A stretch of 64,000 nucleotides of DNA from the IMG/VR virus record IMGVR_UViG_3300013137_000012. The stretch is one strand, 5' to 3'. The notes beneath the pieces were generated by a model. It made no database searches. It was not told the origin of the DNA and worked only from the letters and a program-made list of their open reading frames with translations. The translations under genes and the position numbers were made by a program. This stretch comes from an uncultured virus (IMG/VR IMGVR_UViG_3300013137_000012). Taxonomy: Duplodnaviria > Heunggongvirae > Uroviricota > Caudoviricetes. Positions 43,474 through 53,805 of this stretch are shown here, in pieces; position 1 is the stretch's first letter, and each line of letters begins with the position of its first letter.

Positions 43474-45561
43474 ATGATCGTACAGAACGAAGTATCTACC
43501 GTTGAGAGAATTGGAGTCAAAGCTGAGTCTACGTTTAAAATCAAAACTACCGCAAAAGCTTTTAGGATTCTTTCAAGCGGGTTGTATTCTGATAAAATTA
43601 CTGCCATTATAAGAGAGTTGTCCTGTAATGCTTATGATTCACATGTGGCTGCAAACAAGGAAGATAAACCCTTTGAGATCCATTTACCTAATCCAATAGA
43701 ACCATTTTTTAGTATTAAAGACTTTGGAATAGGGCTTTCTCATAAGGATGTAATGACACTTTATACCACTTATTTTGACTCTAACAAAACTGATTCTAAT
43801 GAATATGTCGGATGTTTGGGACTAGGCAGCAAATCTCCATTTTCTTATGTTGATAGTTTTACAGTAACAAGTATATTTGAGGGCAAGAAAACTGTCTATA
43901 ATTCATTTATTAACGAAGAAGGAATTCCAACAATTGTACCATTAGGATCTGAAAACACAAAAGAGCACAATGGATTAGAAGTAATGTTTTCAGTAACGGA
44001 AAAAGACTTTAATGAATTCAAAAACAAAGCCGCACATGTACTTAGGTATTTTCCTGTTGCTCCTATTATAAATGGAAATGCGGTAGAAGTAGAAAAGATT
44101 AAATATGTAGTAAAACATCCTTTATGGGGTACTAAAATAAATGATGGGGACGGTAAAAAGACATATGCAATAATGGGTAATGTTCCTTATCTTGTAAACA
44201 CGTCTGATTTTGAAAATCTAGAAGAATATCAGGATAGTATTTTGCGTTATTTTAATTGTGATATGTTTTTTAAAATAGGCCAGTTAGACGTAACACCTTC
44301 ACGAGAAAAACTATCCTATACTGAAGAAACTAGAAAAATTATACTTGAACGGTTGAAAAAGATCTATCAGGACATACAAGTAGATATTGAAAAAAGAATT
44401 AAGGACATTAATAGGTTTTGGGATGCTTGTATTGTGTTTGACAAAATTAATGAAGAATTTAGTGGGTTAGTAAAGCAAATTAATTGGAAGGACAAAAAAA
44501 TAGATCGTCATACTATTATTGAATCAAGCAAAGAAATAAAAGTAATACGGCGTGGGGGATTTAGAAAGCCATTTGATGTCATTAAACAAAAACTAATCAA
44601 ACCTTCTAAAAATTGTGTTATTTATGTTGCAGATACTAACTTTGCTATTCTTAAAAGGGCAGATCAAGTATTATCTGACAAAATAGAAAGAGTTTATTTA
44701 ATTCCGCAAGAACTGGTTGATGAAGTATGTGCTAAAACAGGATTGGATAAGAATGTTGATTTGAAAATGTGGAGTTCTGTTTCTGTGCCTAAAGTAGAAA
44801 GAGAAAAAAGAAAGCAAACGGTTTACGTATATAATAATAGTTATAACTATAGCTATAGGTGTAAAAAGAGAAATCTTTGGAATGCTGAAGACGATGTTTG
44901 TCTAACTAGTTTATCGGGCTATTATCTTTCTATAGATCGTTATAATATTGTTTATGATGGGCACACATATGTGGTGGATTATATGGCTAATGACATGAGT
45001 GAAATTTTTAAGGCTATAGGTATGCCGACAGATTTGTTTACAAAGGAAAAGGTTTATGGTTTTAATAAGGCGCAAATGAAAATTGTAAAAGACAATGTTA
45101 ACCTCAAAAACCTGATAGATGTGGTTATTGCTAAAATTGAAACAAAATTAATGAATGATCTTGGTACTAATTTTATAACCCTTTATAATTCGTATAAAGA
45201 AAATATGTCTGATTATAATAGGAGCGATTTTAAACCCATACAGGACATCTTAACTGGCAAAATAAAAATGAATTATAATGCTCTAAACAAGGAGATAAAA
45301 GAATTTGCTTCTATTTACAAGTATATCAATCTTATTGAATTTCTAAACAAATATTCTACTTCTAAAATGAATATTGTAACGAAAAATCCATCCGTAAAAA
45401 CTGTTGATTTTAAAAAGGAATTATTCAAGAGATATCCTATGCTTAATCTTGTAAGTGGTTATCATTATGGCGGTAATAAAACCGATATAGGTATGCTTCA
45501 AGAGTATATAGATTTAATAGATAATACAAAAGAACTTGACAAAACAAATGCAAGTGTATAA
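43474..45561 (+). CDS. rIIA: rIIA-like protein (GHKL ATPase N-domain)
   Basis: KAFRILSSGLYSDK..AIIRELSCNAYDSH, KDFGIGL, GLGSKSPFSY, VTPSREKLSY; AGGAG RBS. Confidence 0.9.
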   Translation: MIVQNEVSTVERIGVKAESTFKIKTTAKAFRILSSGLYSDKITAIIRELSCNAYDSHVAANKEDKPFEIHLPNPIEPFFSIKDFGIGLSHKDVMTLYTTYFDSNKTDSNEYVGCLGLGSKSPFSYVDSFTVTSIFEGKKTVYNSFINEEGIPTIVPLGSENTKEHNGLEVMFSVTEKDFNEFKNKAAHVLRYFPVAPIINGNAVEVEKIKYVVKHPLWGTKINDGDGKKTYAIMGNVPYLVNTSDFENLEEYQDSILRYFNCDMFFKIGQLDVTPSREKLSYTEETRKIILERLKKIYQDIQVDIEKRIKDINRFWDACIVFDKINEEFSGLVKQINWKDKKIDRHTIIESSKEIKVIRRGGFRKPFDVIKQKLIKPSKNCVIYVADTNFAILKRADQVLSDKIERVYLIPQELVDEVCAKTGLDKNVDLKMWSSVSVPKVEREKRKQTVYVYNNSYNYSYRCKKRNLWNAEDDVCLTSLSGYYLSIDRYNIVYDGHTYVVDYMANDMSEIFKAIGMPTDLFTKEKVYGFNKAQMKIVKDNVNLKNLIDVVIAKIETKLMNDLGTNFITLYNSYKENMSDYNRSDFKPIQDILTGKIKMNYNALNKEIKEFASIYKYINLIEFLNKYSTSKMNIVTKNPSVKTVDFKKELFKRYPMLNLVSGYHYGGNKTDIGMLQEYIDLIDNTKELDKTNASV

Positions 45562-45579
45562 TAAATACAAAGGAGTAAT

Positions 45580-46509
45580 ATGAAAAATCCAGCATGTGTT
45601 ATAAGCGGTAATGGCAATATCTCTATATTGGTAAATGGAAGGCCATATACTGTTGCGCCTAATCATGTCAATTATGAGTTAATTAAAAGTGCATTAAAAA
45701 ATGAGAGATATGACGATCTTGAAGCTCTTTTAGATGCCAAGAAATATATTGAAAACATGTCTTTTGGTAATATAAAGATCAAGAATGAAAACATATTATT
45801 CCGCAATAAAGTAATGCATAACGCTATGACCAAAAAGATTATAGAATTGGTTAAAGGTCAGTTCCCATTTCAGTTTATGATTAATTTTATGAATAATGTT
45901 ATGCAAAATCCAACCAAATCAGCACGAGAAGAACTTTATGAATTTTTGGAAAATGGCAATATTCCAATTACGCCAGATGGATGTTTCTTGGCGTATAAAA
46001 AGGTAGATAATAATTACAGGGATTTTTATACTGGTAAAGTAGATAATCACATTGGACAAAAACCTAGAATGCCACGTAAAAACGTAGATCATAATAGGGA
46101 TCATGATTGTTCAAGGGGCTATCATTTTTGTTCTTTTACTTATCTACCTATATATCATGGTGGACAGGGCAAGGTTATTTTGGTAAAAATTAATCCTAAA
46201 GATGTTGTAAGTTTTCCAAAGGACTTCAATATTTCCAAGGGTAGAACCTGTTATTACGAAGTGATTGCTGATTATAAAGGTGGTGAAAAGAAAGAGGCAT
46301 TTACGGGTCCGGTTTATAACAAAAAAGCAAAGCCTGTTTCTGCTAAGTCTTTCTGTCGTAGATGTGGAAAGTCTGCTGGAAAATGTAAGTGTAATTACAG
46401 GCATGATTTAAGAGATTCTAATGGTAAGTTTAAATCAAAATTAATCTCTAAAATAGCAAAAATTATGAGGGACAGTTATGGACGTTTTGTTAGGACCAAA
46501 TCAGTTTAA
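45580..46509 (+). CDS. rIIB: rIIB-like protein
   Basis: NP...AREELYEFL, ITPDGCFLAYK, CSRGYHFC, KINPKDVVS.P.D, KGRTC.YEV; follows rIIA. Confidence 0.9.
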   Translation: MKNPACVISGNGNISILVNGRPYTVAPNHVNYELIKSALKNERYDDLEALLDAKKYIENMSFGNIKIKNENILFRNKVMHNAMTKKIIELVKGQFPFQFMINFMNNVMQNPTKSAREELYEFLENGNIPITPDGCFLAYKKVDNNYRDFYTGKVDNHIGQKPRMPRKNVDHNRDHDCSRGYHFCSFTYLPIYHGGQGKVILVKINPKDVVSFPKDFNISKGRTCYYEVIADYKGGEKKEAFTGPVYNKKAKPVSAKSFCRRCGKSAGKCKCNYRHDLRDSNGKFKSKLISKIAKIMRDSYGRFVRTKSV

Positions 46510-47393
46510 ACCTAATTATCATAATATTAGAGGGTCAAATGGACGATTTATTAAGGTAGATAAGCCCCCTATTGAATCTAAGGTTATTCAATCTGATTAT
46601 TATAAAGAAATGGATTGGTTGGCACATAATCCAGTATATTTGGGAATTGGTGGACACCCTAATGCTCTAAATGAAAATGAATGGATAGATGTTGCTGCTA
46701 AATTTGTTAAAAAAGAAGGCGTCAAAACGTATTTAAGCAAAATGGTTAAAATGCTTAGGTCGTATAGAATTGGTGCATAGTTTTTATGGCTAATAATGTT
46801 TCATATAGCGTAAATTTTGAGGATATAAATACCACTAGTCTATTTAGTGATCCATCCTTTCAATGGGCGGTAGACAAACAAATAAAAGAACTGTCCAAAC
46901 AGGAAGTTCCTTGTTTGTTTTTGGCGGCACAAGTTTTTGAGCGAACCATGAATAACCTTTCTTTTTTACCCGACTGTCATATTAGATATACGGGAACGCC
47001 TTTTAATAATGTTGAACATTTTATTGATGGTAATATTGTAGAGAAATTTAAAGATAGTTTCATGTCAGCTTTTAATAAAAACAGATTTGAAGATGAGATT
47101 CTTATCATAAATAGTTGTACTTTTGAAAATACTGTTGACAAACCATTTGTTTTTTCTATAAGATGCCAATTTGACGGAAGGTTGCGTGTTTTATCGGCAT
47201 CTGCATTTCCATTTTTTTTGACTTTAATGTTTGAACAAGGTTGGAATATACAAACAAACAACTTGCTCAAGCTGTATCCGGTTGCAAGTCAACGAGATAT
47301 ACAAGAAGATATTGGTACTTGACTTTTTATTTTTATAGGTATAATAAATAGTGTTAAGTAAAAAGTGATGGTTTCTAATAAAGGAGTAAAAAA

Positions 47394-48416
47394 ATGAACG
47401 AAGAAAAAACACCAGAAGCTAAACCGGAAGTAGCACCAGAAGTTAAACCCGTAACGCCCGAAGTAAAGCCAGTCGCTCAACCTGAAACCACAAATATTCC
47501 TGTAAAGCGTGGTAGGGGGCGACCACGAAAAAATCCAATTGTTACACCTCAACCCGATATGCCTAAGCGAAAGCGCGGAAGACCTAAGAAAATAGTAGAA
47601 ACTCCGCCTGTTTCTGTGCCCACTGAAACACCTAAAAAGCGTGGACGCCCACGAAAGAATCCAATCGATCCTATGCCTGTAGAAACTCCCAAAAAAAAGC
47701 GTGGAAGACCTAAGAAGAATGTAGAAACTCCAAAGAAGCGTGGACGCCCACGAAAGAATCCTATTGATCCTGCTCCAAAACGTAAAATAGGGCGACCAAG
47801 GAAAGATAAGGGTCGTATTAATCCATCCACTGAAACACCTAAAAAGCGTGGACGCCCACGAAAAAACCCAATTGATGAAGCTCCAATAGTAAAACGTGGT
47901 AGGGGGCGACCAAGGAAGAATCCCGTAGATGGAGTAAAAAAACACGCACGTAGGGGAAGACCTCCAAAGAATTTAGCTGCTTCTTCTGGACCAAAAAAGA
48001 TATTGGTAATTAAAAAGCGTAGAATCGCGGATGGCAAAGAAGTAATTCTGAGCAAAGAAACTAAAATTATTTATGATGCTAATACTCCTGTGCCTCAAGA
48101 AAATAGAACCGTGAAAGATCAAAAGTTTGCCGGATATTGCAGTAATTGTGGGTTGCCTATTGCCCAAGAAGAAATTCAGGACGGATTTTTCCTTTGTAAG
48201 AAATGTGGAAATACTGGAAAATCTACAAAACTAGTTGAAAAACCAGACATGGCAAAGAATTTTACAAAAAAAGACTTTGATATTTCCAAAAAAGATGAAA
48301 ACGATATGGGTAGTGGGGATACAGAAAAAGAAACAGATCGTGATGAAACGGAAGAACAAGATTTGATAGATGACGATGATGATTTGGAGGAAAACAATGG
48401 CGAAGAACAAAATTAA
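47394..48416 (+). CDS. multi-AT-hook DNA-binding protein with Zn ribbon and acidic tail
   Basis: nine GRP cores (mostly KRGRP(R/K)K), CSNC/CKKC, Asp/Glu-rich C-terminus. Confidence 0.8.
   Translation: MNEEKTPEAKPEVAPEVKPVTPEVKPVAQPETTNIPVKRGRGRPRKNPIVTPQPDMPKRKRGRPKKIVETPPVSVPTETPKKRGRPRKNPIDPMPVETPKKKRGRPKKNVETPKKRGRPRKNPIDPAPKRKIGRPRKDKGRINPSTETPKKRGRPRKNPIDEAPIVKRGRGRPRKNPVDGVKKHARRGRPPKNLAASSGPKKILVIKKRRIADGKEVILSKETKIIYDANTPVPQENRTVKDQKFAGYCSNCGLPIAQEEIQDGFFLCKKCGNTGKSTKLVEKPDMAKNFTKKDFDISKKDENDMGSGDTEKETDRDETEEQDLIDDDDDLEENNGEEQN
47496..47972 (+). repeat. imperfect coding tandem repeats (AT-hook units)
   Basis: recurrent aagcgtggacgcccacgaaa and ccactgaaacacctaaaaagc units. Confidence 0.8.
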
Positions 48417-48795
48417 AAATGTAGTTTATGAGCGTAATAATAGCCCCCAGAGAATCAAAGAAATAATAAGATATGCACAGACAAAAATAGGTTCTGTTCA
48501 TTTTATTAAAAAAGATGGTACGTTACGCAAAATGACATATAGGGTTAAGGTGTTTAAGCCCTCTATTGCGCCCAAAGTAAAAGGTAAAAAAGATTGGAAA
48601 GAAAGAAAGACATTTCAAGAAAAACACAATATAATGACCGTTTTAGATACTAACAAGGTTATAAGAAAAAGAAATAAGATTGTTGGTCGTGGAGCTTGGC
48701 GTTCTATCCCTTTAAATAGAGTAGTAAGAGTAATTGTTAATAATATTGAATATTTAATTGTCCCGAATCTGCGTTTGGCCACTTCTAATACTTAA
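48397..48795 (+). CDS. SH3-fold/WYL_2-like phage protein
   Basis: V.FIKKDGTLRKM ... AWRSI motif; GGAGG RBS. Confidence 0.55.
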   Translation: MAKNKIKNVVYERNNSPQRIKEIIRYAQTKIGSVHFIKKDGTLRKMTYRVKVFKPSIAPKVKGKKDWKERKTFQEKHNIMTVLDTNKVIRKRNKIVGRGAWRSIPLNRVVRVIVNNIEYLIVPNLRLATSNT

Positions 48796-48797
48796 TT

Positions 48798-48808
48798 TTC
48801 TGTAGTAC
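48798..48808 (+). promoter_or_regulatory. TTCTGTAGTAC upstream motif, copy 2
   Basis: 49 nt before -35 box TTGCGT (48847); -10 TAACAT at 48870. Confidence 0.65.
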
Positions 48809-48896
48809 TCTTCCTGAACAAAAAAATAGCGCATAATATTTTGTTATTGCGTTACTTTGTCCTTTCTGCTAACATGCCTTCAACAATGGGGGGCAT

Positions 48897-49556
48897 ATGG
48901 ATAATGTAGAACTATATAATGATCTTGTTGATATAAAACATAATGATGGTAGAAGTCTAAAATTGGTTAAATTTGATGGAGAATATCTCGTCTGTTGGCA
49001 TAATTACCGTTCAGATGCTACTAATCATAATATATGTGGGTTTTATGATGTGCGTGATTTTGAAATAGAAGAATTAAAAAGTGCCGGTATATGGAACAAA
49101 ATACCTGAAAAAATACAAAAAGAACTATCTGGTGAACTTAAAAAAGAACAAGAAGAACTTCAAGAAAAAATGGATGCATTAAGAGAAGCAAGAAAAGATA
49201 GATTTCCAGGATTTCCAGAAGAAGTAGCCTGTATTCAATGTGGCAAAACACAAAAAATCAACAAAACTGTTCTTAGAAATAAAATAGATAAATCAATGGG
49301 TGCCTTAAATATAGAAAAATATATTGCAGGGTTTAAATGTCAAAATTGTCGTCCATTTAAAAGAGGTAAAAAACCAAGTTTAGAGTTCGTTGGTTTACCT
49401 AAAAAATTGGTTTGTAAGTGTGGAAATGAAGTGCCCCTAAATCCTAGTTTTTTAAAGAAAAAGGCTGAAAAATTTAATACTACAATGAAATATCTGATTG
49501 ATAACTATGTGTGTCAAGCATGTAAACCGACAAAAGGAAGACATAAGAAAACATGA
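48897..49556 (+). CDS. Zn-ribbon repeat protein
   Basis: CIQC, CQNC, CKC, CQAC in two repeated units. Confidence 0.55.
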   Translation: MDNVELYNDLVDIKHNDGRSLKLVKFDGEYLVCWHNYRSDATNHNICGFYDVRDFEIEELKSAGIWNKIPEKIQKELSGELKKEQEELQEKMDALREARKDRFPGFPEEVACIQCGKTQKINKTVLRNKIDKSMGALNIEKYIAGFKCQNCRPFKRGKKPSLEFVGLPKKLVCKCGNEVPLNPSFLKKKAEKFNTTMKYLIDNYVCQACKPTKGRHKKT

Positions 49557-50014
49557 TGGACGAATCATACAGTTTAATATGTGACATTTGCAATAAAAAA
49601 ATATTAGGCGGTCACATCGTTGTAAAGTGTCGTAATGTGTTTAGTTCCGAAGTATCTGATAAAGATATATGCAGCAAATGTTTTAAAAAGATCCCATATC
49701 CCTTACAGTTTCAATTATATAAAGACGGAAGTGATATAGATTTTAATCATAGAATTATAGAGGCAATAAAATCTAATCGTTCTTCTGAGTCGTTGCGTCA
49801 TAATTATGTTGTTATGTATAAGAATCCACCAGAAATAACCAAATATTTTAATAAAAAGAAACTCGCCAAAGCTATTATTTATGCTAGAAATTCAGATAAC
49901 GAAATAGAGATGATTATATTGGATGATAAAGAACTAAAAAAACAAGTATGGGAAAAAATAGTTAGGAACTACATAATAAACGCTAAAAATGATGAATTAA
50001 TTATAGGATAAATT

Positions 50015-50614
50015 ATGGACACATTAAAAACATTATTGGTGCGTAGGGGTAATCATAAAATTCCTTCGAGTATAGCAATTTTTAATATGGGGAGTGCATT
50101 TAATTGTCCCTCAAAACATTTAGGATTATGTGCTGCCTGTAAAGCTCATATTAAATGTTATGCCATAAAGTCAGAAGAGTTTTATCCCAATGTTACTCAA
50201 TTCAGAAAGCGGCAGGAAAAATTATGGAAAAATATAACCGCTGAAAAATTTGCATTAGACTTTATACGGATTCAGAAAAATAAGAAAAATAAATTTATGG
50301 GGCTTAGATTTAATGAGTCGGGAGATTTTTGGAGTCAGGAATGTTTGAATAAAGCTGATAAAATAGCTCAGTATTTAAAAGAATTTGGGGTAACTTGCTA
50401 TTGCTATACTTCTCGTTCTGATTTGAATTATCGTAATATTAAAAATTTAGTTGTATCGGGTAGTGGATTTAAAAAAGACGGTATAGCTAATATATTCCAA
50501 ATAATTGCTAATAAAGAAAATAAGCCTAAAGATTATGTGTTATGTATGGGAAATTGTAGGAAATGTCACCGATGTATGAAAAGAGGATTAAAAACAGCAG
50601 TAATTAAACATTAA
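50015..50614 (+). CDS. Gp88-like Fe-S/radical-SAM-related phage protein
   Basis: GN.KI, CP...C..C....CYA, RFNESGDF, YCYT, C-terminal CxxxCxxCxxC. Confidence 0.65.
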   Translation: MDTLKTLLVRRGNHKIPSSIAIFNMGSAFNCPSKHLGLCAACKAHIKCYAIKSEEFYPNVTQFRKRQEKLWKNITAEKFALDFIRIQKNKKNKFMGLRFNESGDFWSQECLNKADKIAQYLKEFGVTCYCYTSRSDLNYRNIKNLVVSGSGFKKDGIANIFQIIANKENKPKDYVLCMGNCRKCHRCMKRGLKTAVIKH

Positions 50615-51011
50615 ATTGACAATATGTTTTTAATAATGTATAATGATTATGAGTATGAATTCAAAAAGGATTATCGCCTATAGACAAAAAGTGATAGAAT
50701 GTAAAGACATTATAGAACGCTGTAAAGATCACATCCCGCCATTACAATATAAAAAATGGATTAAAGAGTTTGCGGATATAGACGGTGATTTAGATGCTTT
50801 AGAAGAAGAATCTAAACAAATAGAAGAAAATATAAAGAAAGATAAAGATGAAGCATTAGATAGTTATAACGATAAAAAGATGTCAACACAAGAATTAAAT
50901 TTAATAATGCGTTCACTATCTAAAATTGAAAAGAAATTTAATGATATATATCAGGACGAAGATCTTTAATCCCCATTGTTAAGGCAAAAGGGACAATGGG
51001 AGCCTTTTAAC

Positions 51012-51668
51012 ATGAAAATAATATGTTTATCTGATATTCATGGTAATTTGTTAAAAGATTTACCCGTTGGCGATACTATTGTTATTACTGGAGATATTTG
51101 TCCAGTAGATCAAAGTCATGGTAAAACATTCCAAAAGATGTGGGTTACTAATGAGTTCATCCCTTATTTTTCTTCTTTGCCATATAAAAACAAGTTATTT
51201 ATATTTGGTAATCATGATTTCTGTGGCGAAGTAAAAGAATATGTAAAAGAATTAAAGAAACTATGTGATGATAAGAACATCCATTTATTACACGATACAG
51301 AGGTGATTATTAATGGTATTAAGTTCTATGGTACGCCTTATACTCCGTTTTTTTGCAATTGGGCATTTAATTTATATGAACCCGAATTAAGTGAAGTTTA
51401 TGAAAAAATACCAGTTGATACTAATGTACTATTGACACATGGACCACCTTTTAAAATTATGGATTTGAATTTTGCAGGTGGAGAACATTGTGGCTCTCAA
51501 TCTTTAGCAAAAATTATTGATAAGAAGCTATATGGTTTAAAACTCCACGTATTTGGGCATATACATGAACCTTCTGGAATAATTAATGGTACGCCTATTT
51601 ATGTTAATGCTTCAATATTAGATGATTTATATATTGTAAGATTTAAGCCAAGAGTTGTTGAGATATAA
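51012..51668 (+). CDS. calcineurin-like metallophosphoesterase
   Basis: SDIHG, TGD, GNHD, THGPP, FGHIHE. Confidence 0.92.
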   Translation: MKIICLSDIHGNLLKDLPVGDTIVITGDICPVDQSHGKTFQKMWVTNEFIPYFSSLPYKNKLFIFGNHDFCGEVKEYVKELKKLCDDKNIHLLHDTEVIINGIKFYGTPYTPFFCNWAFNLYEPELSEVYEKIPVDTNVLLTHGPPFKIMDLNFAGGEHCGSQSLAKIIDKKLYGLKLHVFGHIHEPSGIINGTPIYVNASILDDLYIVRFKPRVVEI

Positions 51669-51692
51669 AAATCTTTGAAGAATATTTTGTTA

Positions 51693-51721
51693 TAGACACG
51701 CATTTTGAAGTGTGATACGAT
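51693..51721 (+). promoter_or_regulatory. class A promoter TAGACA-17-TACGAT (ext. TG)
   Basis: preceded by TTTTGTTA as at 48839, 53747 and 61132. Confidence 0.6.
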
Positions 51722-53451
51722 GCTTGTAAACATTGGAGAAATATATGAGCAAAGGCATATTTGATAGTAATGGAATCTGTGATGGTTCTCATTGGGGATT
51801 GACAGATTGGTATAAAGAAAAAGAAATAGCTCTTGAAAAAGCTATTAAAAAGGGTAATGCGTTTACTACTAATTGGTATTCATCTAAAAAAGAACTTGCA
51901 TCTGCTAAAATTGATTTTGATGGTGAAAGTGCTTTTACTGTTTCGGTTTCTGTTTTTGATGATCTTGATACCGAAGGAATGGCAGTTGATACGTTTTTTT
52001 GCAATCCCCATAGTAATCTTGCTGAAATAATTTACATGATAAAGAATACTATTGATAGAACATGGGGTAAGGCAATTAAAAATCAAAAAGAAAATCAAAT
52101 GTATATGGGGTTTTCTATTTTACATAAAAGCAAAGTATATGGTGGCTATGTAGGTGGAAAAGGTATTGGCAAGCCTCAAACAAGATTGTGTTGGGTAGAA
52201 ACTTATTTGAAGAATACTCATGGTTTAGATTCTCCTACTGGCGACTGTTATTCTCAATGGGGATTTCAAGACGAGATAGAAATTCCAGTAAATGTCAAAA
52301 ATAAGCTTTCAAATTGGGCTGAAAATTGGAATGGAGAAAAACAATATAGGTATAAGGAATGGGTAATTAAGCCTTGGGAGAAACAAATATGAAGATGTCC
52401 ACTGAAACGACAGAATTAGATGTGCTAGATTTGGTTTATAGGGCATTAAAAGCATTTAAAAATTCTAAAATAAAACATGTTGATTGCGATGTGGATAATG
52501 AGGATGGAAGCGTTGAAATTATTCTAAAGGATGGTACTAGTTGGTTTATTAGTTCATGTGATATCGTGAGTATGGAAGAACTAATGGAATAAAATGAAAA
52601 AGGCAAGAAAAATCCGAATAAACGGCGAAGATTTCAAGTATTTCGTTGATAAGGGCGCGAAAGATGAACGCGATGAAAATACTTTTATACGAGTTATTTT
52701 GTATGCACCGAACAACATAAAACATTATTGGAATCTAGATCCTAAAGACGCTATAAATAGATGTTTTTATGCCAGTGAAATTAAAAGGGCATATTTGGAA
52801 GGAAAGTTCAAATGACAAATGCTGTTTCTCATAAAACTACGATAAAATTAGAATGCGAAACAAAAATTAATCAGGTACTTGCTCAAATATTAGATAGATT
52901 AGGACCAGAATTAACACTTAAAGTTATGGCTATATTGTGTTTTGATGAGAGCATTGATAAAACATCATTTCCTAGTTGTCTATTAGGAACTAAAAAAGAT
53001 GTTAAAAACATAGAGGCTGGTTTTGTATTAACATATGTGGCTCATAATTGGAAAAAACTTGTTAAGCCAGCAGAAAAGTATTGGAAAACATTAAATGAAC
53101 TTAAAGAGGCTAAATCTTCATGAAAAACAAAAATAAAACTAATATTCCTTATAAAGATCCAGATTCTTTGCCTCTTTTTGATATTGGTGATTGGGTTACT
53201 ATTAAAGATGAATATGTTAATGATGATTATATATCTGGTTATGCTATGATAGAAAAAGAAACTGCTTATTTGGTAATGGGTTCAATAATGATAAGAAATG
53301 ATTCTTTTGTATTATTGCCTAAAATTAATAGTTGTCTTCTGTTTAATTCAAAGTATTTTAGATGTGCAACGGGTAGAGAAATACAAAATGCTAAAAAAAA
53401 GATGAGAAAACACTTGTCGGTCAATTTCAACTCAATTAACTGCATATAAAA

Positions 53452-53727
53452 ATGTCAACCAAAGTAGTCCATTGCAAAAAAGAAAAATATGATGTTTATA
53501 TTGGTCGTCCTTCTAAATGGGGAAATCCTTTTGAAATTGGCAAAGATGGAAATAGAGAAGAAGTGATTGAAAAATATAAAGAATGGATAAAAAATCAACC
53601 AGAATTGTTAAAAGATTTACCGGAACTAAAAAACAAAATATTAGCTTGTTGGTGCGCTCCTAAAGCTTGTCATGGAGATATTTTAGCGAAATTAGCAGAC
53701 GACTGTTCTGTAGTACGTCACGAGTAA
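53452..53727 (+). CDS. DUF4326-like protein
   Basis: YDVYIGRPSKWGNPF ... LACWCAPKACHGDIL. Confidence 0.85.
   Translation: MSTKVVHCKKEKYDVYIGRPSKWGNPFEIGKDGNREEVIEKYKEWIKNQPELLKDLPELKNKILACWCAPKACHGDILAKLADDCSVVRHE
53706..53716 (+). promoter_or_regulatory. TTCTGTAGTAC upstream motif, copy 3
   Basis: 49 nt before -35 box TTGCCT (53755); -10 TATCCT at 53778. Confidence 0.65.
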
Positions 53728-53805
53728 ATAAAATCTTTTTCTATTATTTTGTTATTGCCTTGTTAATGCCTGTGTGCTATCCTCGTGTCAAAGATGGGGG
53801 ACAAC

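Noticed and set aside
47289..48055. Long minus-strand ORFs (218 aa, 168 aa)
   Set aside because: Antisense shadows of the AT-hook repeat gene.
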